From Fonticula alba ATCC 38817 (Eukaryota > Protista > Nucleariida), in the NCBI GenBank assembly GCA_000388065.2, contig KB932212.1: a stretch of DNA of 6,780 nucleotides. One strand, 5' to 3'. The notes under the pieces are model-generated. The model was not told the DNA's origin. It ran no database searches and saw nothing but the letters and a program-made list of their open reading frames with translations. This document shows positions 1 to 6,780 of the stretch, in pieces (the stretch's first letter is position 1; every line of letters starts with the position of its first letter). Position numbers and translations under genes: made by a program.

Positions 1-53
1 CCCTCCTCACCCCCTCCCTCCCCCCCTTCTCTCTTCCTTCCCCCACCGCCCAG
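1..53 (+). other. 3' end of a spliceosomal intron (polypyrimidine tract plus CAG acceptor)
   Basis: Almost pure C/T tract ending in CAG at 51-53, directly followed by sequence with coding-like codon usage. The next exon opens with 2 nt that complete a codon, so an upstream exon is implied. Confidence 0.8.
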
Positions 54-517
54 CTTCCGGCTCCATGCGCGTCCTCGCCGCGCCGAAGTCTTTCTCCTTC
101 CCTGCCGGCTCGGCCGACACCACTCCCCTGGCTGCTGGGGATGTTGCCTCGACCATCGCCCACCTGCACGGCCTCGGCGCGGCCTTCAACTTCCCGGCCA
201 GCGCCGCCGGTGCCCTGCCCGCGGTCTCCCTCTTTGACCGGCCCAACCTCTCGATCACGGCCGTCCTGAACGCCGCCCGGCCGGTTGTCGTGGATGCCCT
301 GGCCAGCCAGGTCCCGGCCGAGGCCGCCTTCGAGCTCCCCCGCGACACCGTCCTCAACTCGCTCTTCACCGCGCCGGCCTCCTCCAAGAGCGTCTTCGCC
401 GCGGCCCGCGACGCGGCCATCGACGGCCACACCTTCGTCCTGACCTCCTCCCCGGGCTCTCTGATGTCCTCGGTCCCGGTGGCCTCCTCCGTCCATGGCC
501 TGCTGCTGGACTCCGCC
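54..517 (+). CDS. ATP6AP2: ATP6AP2/(pro)renin receptor-like V-ATPase accessory protein, N-terminal luminal exon (5'-partial)
   Basis: Translates as xSGSMRVLAAPKSFSFPAGSADTTPLAAGDVASTIAHLHGLG...PAVSLFDRPNLSITAVLN...VASSVHGLLLDSA. This resembles human ATP6AP2 as I recall it (FSILKSPGSVVF...PDVAALSMG...AVGNLFHRPRATV...VANSIHSLF). Codons are strongly C-ending. The exon is bounded by a CAG acceptor (51-53) and a phase-0 GTGCGT donor (518-523). ATG 65 is probably internal because no signal peptide follows it. Confidence 0.8.
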
Positions 518-530
518 GTGCGTTCGCCGA

Positions 531-630
531 TTTTTGCCTCTTCCTCCCTCTCTGTGTCTCTTGCTCCCTCTCTGTGTCTCTTGCTCCCTCTCTTTGCCTC
601 TTGCTCCCTCTCTTTGCCTCTTGCTCCCTC
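531..630 (+). repeat. Intronic minisatellite, 5 copies of a 20-bp unit (TCT[G/T]TG[T/C]CTCTTGCTCCCTC)
   Basis: Units at 531-550 (degenerate), 551-570, 571-590, 591-610 and 611-630, read directly from the sequence. Confidence 0.95.
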
Positions 631-646
631 TCCCCTCCCCTCCCCC

Positions 647-656
647 NNNNNNNNNN
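647..656. other. Assembly gap (10 N, probably a placeholder of unknown true size)
   Basis: Run of 10 N flanked by poly-C on both sides. Confidence 1.
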
Positions 657-727
657 CCCCCCCCCCCTCACTTGCTTACTTGCGCCCCGGCGCTCGGTGC
701 CTTGCCCCGACACTGACACCCCCACAG

Positions 728-805
728 CAAGGCCGCTCGCGCTGCCACCGCCCCCGGCGCCCGCCGTGGTGCCGTCGGCTTCGTCCAGGATAGCCGCATG
801 GAGCT
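728..805 (+). CDS. SEC61B: Sec61 translocon beta subunit, internal exon (5'-partial gene)
   Basis: CTGAC branch motif at 713-717, CAG acceptor at 725-727, GTGCGT donor at 806-811. Translates as xKAARAATAPGARRGAVGFVQDSRMEL and joins the 901-985 exon in frame. Confidence 0.8.
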
Positions 806-900
806 GTGCGTCGTCCTTTGCCACCATTGCCATCATTGCCGGGTCGCCGCCTTCCCCCGCCCCGCTGACGCCGCCCCTCGCCCCCCCACCACCCCCACAG
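806..900 (+). other. 95-nt spliceosomal intron of SEC61B
   Basis: GTGCGT donor, CTGAC at 865-869, ends CCCCCACAG at 900. Removing it gives the open frame ...MEL-DPVHIL.... Confidence 0.85.
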
Positions 901-985
901 TGACCCGGTCCACATCCTCATCTTCGCCGTGGCCTTCATTTTCATTGTCTTTGTTCTCCACATCGGTAGCAAGCTCTTCCGCTAA
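901..985 (+). CDS. SEC61B: Sec61-beta, last exon (tail-anchor transmembrane helix)
   Basis: Translates as (L)DPVHILIFAVAFIFIVFVLHIGSKLFR with TAA at 983-985. It matches the remembered Sec61-beta pattern D-S-x-G-L-K-V-x-P-x-x-V-L...FI-x-x-V-F-x-LH-I-x-x-K-x-x-R (Pfam PF03911 family). Confidence 0.85.
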
Positions 986-1304
986 TGGCCGGACCGCGGG
1001 CAGTCCGCGCCGCCGTGCGCCTATCTCTCTCCCTCTCTCTCTCTCCCCCTTTTCACACCCCCGGGAGCCGTCGCGTGCGCCGGCCACTAGATCGGCCCCG
1101 GTGCATGTGCCCTCCCTCCTTTTCCCCCCCCCCCCCTCTCTCCTCTGTATGTCCTTTGTCCTTTTTTTTCTCGGCTCGCCCTCGCACATCCCCACCGCCC
1201 CCTCCCCACGGCGGGCGAGGGAGACGGATGATGGCGCGCACACCTCTCCGCCGCGCAGGGGGAGGACGGCTCGCCGGGGCCGCCGCATGCGTAACCCTTT
1301 TCAT

Positions 1305-1310
1305 AATAAA
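1305..1310 (+). terminator. Candidate polyadenylation signal AATAAA for SEC61B
   Basis: AATAAA within a rare AT-rich patch (1297-1316), about 320 nt after the SEC61B stop codon. Confidence 0.5.
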
Positions 1311-1649
1311 AAAAAACAGTCCATGTTCCACGCTCCCCTGATTGTTTGTCCTTGTGGCCCCTGCGTTCGTGCGCGTGTATGCACGCGTGCCCGCGTCGTG
1401 CACCTAAGAGCGGGCCGAGGGGGCGCAGGCGACGACACAAGTGCCGGCATGTGGGTTGGCGATGCAGCCGAGGAGCAGGCAAGGAGGGCCGGGCCCGAGA
1501 CCAGGCGGATTCTCCCCTCTCCCAACGGGCGCGATCGCGCCGTCCGGCGCGGGGGGGCGGCGGCCACGGCCGCACGGAGAGGGGCCGAAGGAGCGCAAAT
1601 CTCCCCCGACACTGCTGGGGTACACACAAACAGGCGAGGCATGTCCATG

Positions 1650-1668
1650 CCCCCCCCCCCCCCCCCCC
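1650..1668. repeat. Poly-C homopolymer (19 nt)
   Basis: Read directly. Similar tracts occur at 2100-2116 (C17) and 2361-2380 (C20), with a G10A10 tract at 2588-2607. Confidence 0.9.
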
Positions 1669-1736
1669 GGCGCCCCCGCACATAAGTCGAGCAAGAGCTG
1701 TGGGCCGCAAAATAAGAACGCGCGAGTGGAGGCGAT

Positions 1737-1745
1737 TGATTGGCT
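1737..1745 (-). promoter_or_regulatory. Candidate CCAAT box (AGCCAATCA)
   Basis: Good match to the NF-Y/Hap consensus, in a locally AT-richer region (1700-1850). The gene it would regulate is not identified. Confidence 0.35.
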
Positions 1746-3558
1746 GGCCCGGCAGAAAGATTGTGTTTGTGCGGCCGCTCCTGGGCTCATCATGCCACAG
1801 CGCGTCCCGTGCGCCCCGGCCGTGTCATCCTCTAAATAGCATTTATCCGCATGTGATCCGCGGCCGGGTTCGGGCTTTCAACCCTAGGCCGGCCCGGTGA
1901 GCGGCCGCCGGCCCACCTCTGGGAGGGGGGGCGGGGCGCGCGGCGTGTCTCATGCTCCTCTGTGTGTCACAGCCTCTCCCCCCGCCGCCTGCCCCACACC
2001 CGGGGTCTTGCGGCCTGCGCGCGCTGTGTGGCTGTCCCTTGCCCGGCAGCCTCTGCTCCCCCCGGCCCGCCAGGGAGGGGGCCGCGGCCCAGGTGCCCGC
2101 CCCCCCCCCCCCCCCCGCCCCCCGCCGCGCCCCCCCGCAGAAGGAGAGGGGGGGGGACGGGCAGCAAGACGCCGGTCTTGGCTGTCCCGAGCGCGGGCCT
2201 GCGGGTGGCGCGGGCGGAACGCTTCGGAAAAACGGGCGTGCGAAGGCCACGACGACGATAGCAACATGCAAACAACATATGTGTGTGCAATAGTGCTGGC
2301 CGCCCGCCCGTCCCGCGCCCGTCCGCCTCCCCCGCCGCCCCCCCCACCCCCGTGCAGACGCCCCCCCCCCCCCCCCCCCCGGGCCCCGGTCGTGCTCCCG
2401 ACCGATGGGCGGCCCAGGGGGTCGGAAACGCCTGGCCGAGGTGTGCTGCCCAAGGAAAAGGCCCCATTTTTAAATGGGCTCTATTTGATGTGTGCCGCTG
2501 CCCCGGCCTCTCTCTTGCGCGGCAGGCCGGACCCGAGCCAGAGAGAAAGGCCCGGTCGGCCCCGGTCTGCCCTTCTGCACGAGCTCAGGGGGGGGGGAAA
2601 AAAAAAACAACCCTAGAGAGCCACTCGGCCGAAGGTGGGCCTCTCCCCCGGCCGAGCAAGCCTTGGCCCGGCGGCGCCTCGGCAGAGCGCGCCGCTCGGG
2701 AGATCGCCAGCCCTTCGGCCCTGGCTGCCGCTCGGGGCCCGGGGGCGGGCGGGCGGGCGGGGGAGAATCAAGCGAGCGGCCGGGGATGACTTAGTGTGCG
2801 TCCTGCCCGCCGCCAAGCTACCGGGCGCGCCCTCCTCCTCGCCCGGGCGCGCTCCCAGGACCCAGTAGCTCGATGGCCGAGGGCCCCGGCCCGGAGGGGG
2901 CCCTGTTGCCCCCGGGCCTCGGCCGGGTGTCCTGGGCCACGGCAGGCGCCCCATGGCCGAGGGTGGGGCGCGAGGCAGGCGCCCCAGCGCACCCGCACCT
3001 GCCCCCGCCGGGCAGGCGCGTCCTCCCACAAGCACAACCGCTCACACGCGCACACACGCACACATACACGCCCGCCCGCCTGCACACTGCGGCGCAGCTG
3101 CCAACAGAGGCCGGCGGCTCCTAGACCCACCTGACCCGGCCGGCGCGCCCGGTTCCCCCTTCGCCCCCCGCCACCGGCCGGAGCCCGGACGACCAGTGTT
3201 GTTTTTTTTTTTCGGGCCTCCCTGTTGTGGTGGTGTCCCCGGCCCCGCCGCGTTCACGCTCTTTCCGCTCTCGTCCTGCGGCGGGGCCGCGCATGCGCGC
3301 CCAGGTCCACGAGACGGCCGCACACAACGGCCCGCGGCACCACCCGCCCTGGGCCCGGCTCCAGACCCTCTCCCCCCGGTCCCGAGAGTCAGACCATGGC
3401 GTGTCCCTTGCTGGGTTGCCGCCCCGGCTTCGCCGCCAGAACGGAGGCCGAAGGCCCGGCCCGCCCCCCATGCATGTTTGCGCCCACGCAGGACGACGAC
3501 ACAGCCGGGGCTGCCGCGGTCCTGCTCCCCCCCTCCTGGCGCTGCCGGCCCCGAGGTC

Positions 3559-4371
3559 NNNNNNNNNNNNNNNNNNNNNNNNNNNNNNNNNNNNNNNNNN
3601 NNNNNNNNNNNNNNNNNNNNNNNNNNNNNNNNNNNNNNNNNNNNNNNNNNNNNNNNNNNNNNNNNNNNNNNNNNNNNNNNNNNNNNNNNNNNNNNNNNNN
3701 NNNNNNNNNNNNNNNNNNNNNNNNNNNNNNNNNNNNNNNNNNNNNNNNNNNNNNNNNNNNNNNNNNNNNNNNNNNNNNNNNNNNNNNNNNNNNNNNNNNN
3801 NNNNNNNNNNNNNNNNNNNNNNNNNNNNNNNNNNNNNNNNNNNNNNNNNNNNNNNNNNNNNNNNNNNNNNNNNNNNNNNNNNNNNNNNNNNNNNNNNNNN
3901 NNNNNNNNNNNNNNNNNNNNNNNNNNNNNNNNNNNNNNNNNNNNNNNNNNNNNNNNNNNNNNNNNNNNNNNNNNNNNNNNNNNNNNNNNNNNNNNNNNNN
4001 NNNNNNNNNNNNNNNNNNNNNNNNNNNNNNNNNNNNNNNNNNNNNNNNNNNNNNNNNNNNNNNNNNNNNNNNNNNNNNNNNNNNNNNNNNNNNNNNNNNN
4101 NNNNNNNNNNNNNNNNNNNNNNNNNNNNNNNNNNNNNNNNNNNNNNNNNNNNNNNNNNNNNNNNNNNNNNNNNNNNNNNNNNNNNNNNNNNNNNNNNNNN
4201 NNNNNNNNNNNNNNNNNNNNNNNNNNNNNNNNNNNNNNNNNNNNNNNNNNNNNNNNNNNNNNNNNNNNNNNNNNNNNNNNNNNNNNNNNNNNNNNNNNNN
4301 NNNNNNNNNNNNNNNNNNNNNNNNNNNNNNNNNNNNNNNNNNNNNNNNNNNNNNNNNNNNNNNNNNNNNNN
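3559..4371. other. Assembly gap (813 N)
   Basis: Run of N. Confidence 1.
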
Positions 4372-4390
4372 GCGCCTCTCCCACGCTCAG

Positions 4391-4687
4391 TCCGCCACCG
4401 TCTCCCTCTCGACTGGTGCTCGCGATGCCGGCTTCTCCGGTCGCCTGGTCGCCGCCATCAACGACGCCCTGACCGGCGCCGGTGGCCTTCCCCTCCTGGA
4501 GCAGGAGATCCTGGCCGCCAAGGCCCTCGTTCGCTTTGTCCTCGAGTCCGGCATTCAGGCCGACAAGCTGGCCGACTCGGTCCTCCTGGTTTTCGACGGT
4601 CTTCGCGATGTTGCCCACGAGGCGTCCGACCGTTCTGGCGACCTCGGCCGCCAGGCTGCCGCCACCCTCGGCGCTGCCATCCAGGAT
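4391..4687 (+). CDS. ATP6AP2: ATP6AP2-like protein, middle exon (the start may lie earlier, at or before 4373 or inside the gap)
   Basis: Translates as SATVSLSTGARDAGFSGRLVAAINDALTGAGGLPLLEQEILAAKALVRFVLESGIQADKLADSVLLVFDGLRDVAHEASDRSGDLGRQAAATLGAAIQD. This resembles the human segment LFLSELQVLHDI...[38 protein letters not shown]. A candidate phase-0 acceptor CAG lies at 4388-4390 and a phase-0 GTGCGT donor at 4688. Confidence 0.75.
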
Positions 4688-4832
4688 GTGCGTTGTCCCC
4701 CCCCCCCCCCCGCCCTCCTCCCGCCCTGATGAGCGCCCGGTCGCATGCCGCATCTTTGTTGCCCCCTTCCCACCTGGGACATCCACTCACCCGCTCATTC
4801 GCCCTCATGCCCTCCCCTCGACGCCCCCGCAG
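4688..4832 (+). other. 145-nt spliceosomal intron
   Basis: GTGCGT donor, CTCAC/CTCAT branch-like motifs at 4786-4808, ends CCCCCGCAG at 4832. Phase 0 on both sides joins ...AAIQD to LVATS.... Confidence 0.85.
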
Positions 4833-5255
4833 CTTGTTGCCACCTCCGCCGCCGGCGACTCCACCCTCTTCACCATGATGTCCCTGCCCTTCCGTAACAT
4901 GCCCCTGTCCCTGCGCGTGCGCTCCGAGGAGACCATCCCTCGCCACGTGGCCCCCTACACCTGCTTCGACACCGAGGCCACTTGCCTGGCTTCCACCAAC
5001 AACTGCTCTGGCCTGGCTGGCTGCCATATCCACAAGAAGGACGCCACTCGCGAGTGCTGGCGCTGCAACTGCGGCCCCTCCCACTCCGGGGACTCCTGCG
5101 AGTTCGTCGATGTGACCGTCTCCTTCGCCCTGGTGGCCACCGTTGTCGGCATCACCGTCGTTGCCCTGGTGGCCATCATCGTCACCATGCTCGGCATGGA
5201 CTCCGGCGATGACTCCATCATCCACCGCACCGCCTCCCACGCCAAGCACGCCTAA
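4833..5255 (+). CDS. ATP6AP2: ATP6AP2-like protein, last exon: 8-Cys module, transmembrane helix and cytosolic tail
   Basis: 140 aa ending in TAA at 5253-5255. It contains C-x6-C-x6-C-x5-C-x10-C-x2-C-x-C-x8-C, then the hydrophobic stretch FALVATVVGITVVALVAIIVTMLGM, then the tail MDSGDDSIIHRT, which matches the ATP6AP2 signature [12 protein letters not shown] (Renin_r, PF07850). Confidence 0.88.
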   Translation, partial: LVATSAAGDSTLFTMMSLPFRNMPLSLRVRSEETIPRHVAPYTCFDTEATCLASTNNCSGLAGCHIHKKDATRECWRCNCGPSHSGDSCEFVDVTVSFALVATVVGITVVALVAIIVTMLGMDSGDDSIIHRTASHAKHA

Positions 5256-5314
5256 GTAGCACCCCTCCCCCCGCCCCCCGCGCCCCTTCCCGCGCTCTCC
5301 ACGCATGCCTACGC

Positions 5315-5340
5315 GTGTGTGTGTGTGTGTGTGTGTGTGT
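5315..5340. repeat. (GT)13 microsatellite in the presumed 3' UTR
   Basis: Read directly. Confidence 0.95.
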
Positions 5341-5421
5341 ATACACATACAGCCACACCCATGCATGCCCTCCGGCGCGCATCTGTTTGTGAGGATGCAG
5401 GTCAGGTTGCCTCTCTCCCCC

Positions 5422-5617
5422 NNNNNNNNNNNNNNNNNNNNNNNNNNNNNNNNNNNNNNNNNNNNNNNNNNNNNNNNNNNNNNNNNNNNNNNNNNNNNNN
5501 NNNNNNNNNNNNNNNNNNNNNNNNNNNNNNNNNNNNNNNNNNNNNNNNNNNNNNNNNNNNNNNNNNNNNNNNNNNNNNNNNNNNNNNNNNNNNNNNNNNN
5601 NNNNNNNNNNNNNNNNN
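5422..5617. other. Assembly gap (196 N)
   Basis: Run of N. Confidence 1.
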
Positions 5618-6780
5618 CACTCGTGGTGTGTGCGCGCCCTCCTTCCCCCCCCCCCCTTCCTGCATTCCCCTACACACATCCTCCTCAGGAACTGGCGTCC
5701 GCACGCGCGCCCCCCTCAGGCGCAGATGCACATGGGCCTGCCGCGCCTCTCGCCTTCGCTGGCCCATGTGTGTCGCCTCTGCCCTCTCTCGCCCACCGCC
5801 ACAAGCCACCCCGCAGGGGGCCGATGCGCATGTGGGTGTGGGCGTGCAGGCGAAGGGGGAAGCCCCGGAGGGGCGGCGGTCACCAAAGAGCCGAAAAGGG
5901 GCGCAGGGGAGAGGGGGCCTCTCCCGCGCCACAGACGACGGTTTACTCCGCGCCTCCCGCTCCCCTCTGTACCTTCAACCTCTTCTCCCTTTCACACCCC
6001 CCTCTCTGGACTAGAGCGCAGGACGCGCCCTGCCGCCCCTCCCTCCTCCTCTTCTCCTCCCTTCCCCCCCCCCAAATATGTTACACTAAAAGACTTCCCA
6101 ACTTGCTTGCTTGCTATCCCGGGGACGGGGGGGACCCGACTGCCGGCCGGTGTAGTGTGGTTGTGCACCCTTGTTCCTGTGTACCAGGGGCGGCTGTTAC
6201 CTCCCCTCCCCCGCTGCCTTTTTCGTGCTGCTCTCCCCGGGGAAGAGGGGTCCGCCACTGCCCCGAAGTCCCGCCTTTCATCCTCTCTCCGGGGTGGTGC
6301 TCCTCCCGGTCGCCGCACTTCACGGGGGGGGGAGGGGCAAGCCAGCCTCGGTGCGAGGGAGATCAGGGCACACCTGAGCGGGGGGCATCCCCCTGGTGCC
6401 CTCCCCAAGCCGGCCGCTCGGCGGGCCGTTCTCTCGCCCTACGGGGTGGGGGGGCATCTCGAGCGCCGGGAGTCCGCGGGCATGGCTCAGCCACCCGACC
6501 GGCCAAAGATCGGGTGACCTACACCACCAAGCACCGTGATCACACTCCGCACGGATGACCCGGCCATCGGATCACACGGCCGCGCATTACGAAAGACTGG
6601 CTAGACCCCCTGCCACCACACCAGCCTGCGGGGGGGGGGGGGGGCGACCGCTCCGGCCAGAGAAATATACTATCCTGCGCATTGTGTACAAAGCACGTTC
6701 ATGCGGCCGCTCTCCCCGCCAGCGGGCCCACGCCGGTAGGGGCGGGGGGGCGAGGGAGCAGGCGCAGGAGGGTGTGGAGG

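Noticed and set aside
729-731. Alternative AAG acceptor that would fuse the ATP6AP2 N-terminus in frame to Sec61-beta
   Set aside because: CAG at 725-727 is the first AG after the branch motif and the better acceptor, and there is no evidence that AAG is used.
518-793. Continuation of ORF 65..793 as a 242-aa protein
   Set aside because: After the GTGCGT donor at 518 the frame runs through an intronic minisatellite and a gap, so the ORF end is an artefact.
798-1685. 295-aa ORF starting MELCVVLCHH
   Set aside because: It starts in the Sec61-beta exon and then reads through intron and UTR. The product is low-complexity Pro/Arg/Ser, typical of spurious ORFs in GC-rich DNA.
1700-1862. U3 or C/D-box snoRNA on the minus strand (GGATCA, GAGGATGA, ATGATGA)
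   Set aside because: There is no downstream CTGA D box, no box B and no terminal stem, and the spacing does not fit U3.
1879-1887. CAACCCTAG as a telomerase RNA template
   Set aside because: It is not a 1.5-repeat template for TTAGGG, and no other telomerase RNA features were recognised.
2463-2478. Near-palindrome CCCATTT-TT-AAATGGG
   Set aside because: Too short and isolated to support a function.
3396-3406. ACCATGGC followed by GTGTCC as the missing phase-2 first exon of SEC61B
   Set aside because: It lies downstream of the SEC61B exons and the donor does not match the local GTGCGT consensus.
1087-3558. Many overlapping Pro/Gly/Arg/Ala-rich ORFs on both strands
   Set aside because: They lack the C-ending codon bias of the real exons, cross homopolymer tracts and show no recognisable domain. 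A small undetected gene cannot be excluded.
2953-4878. Long ORFs 2953..4878, 3225..4472, 3227..4729, 3389..4786 and those crossing 5422-5617
   Set aside because: Their length comes from translating N gaps as X. Only the post-gap part of the 3227..4729 frame, up to 4687, is coding.
366-5366. Antisense ORFs such as 366..836, 676..972, 4458..5366 and 4955..5245
   Set aside because: They are shadows of the C-ending codon bias of the real + strand exons.
6478-6558. Short coding-like stretch ending AKDRVTYTTKHRDHTPHG-stop
   Set aside because: No clear acceptor or start and no recognisable homology, so it cannot be called.

Overview
GC-rich eukaryotic (protist-like) draft scaffold with spliceosomal introns (GTGCGT donors, CTGAC/CTCAY branch-like motifs, C-rich tracts ending in CAG) and three N gaps (647-656, 3559-4371, 5422-5617). 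Splicing by hand gives two + strand genes that the ORF track misses. (1) An ATP6AP2/(pro)renin-receptor-like V-ATPase accessory protein, with exons 54-517, about 4391-4687 and 4833-5255 and a signal-peptide exon expected upstream of the window. It carries an 8-cysteine module resembling fungal DUF3844/Vps3844 just before its transmembrane helix. (2) A Sec61-beta gene (exons 728-805 and 901-985) with no evident start exon, lying on the same strand between two exons of the ATP6AP2-like gene. This is either true nesting, possibly with a shared splice donor, or a mis-scaffolded contig between two gaps. The rest (about 986-3558 and 5256-6780) looks like UTR, intergenic or promoter DNA. All family calls come from remembered sequence similarity, not from database searches.
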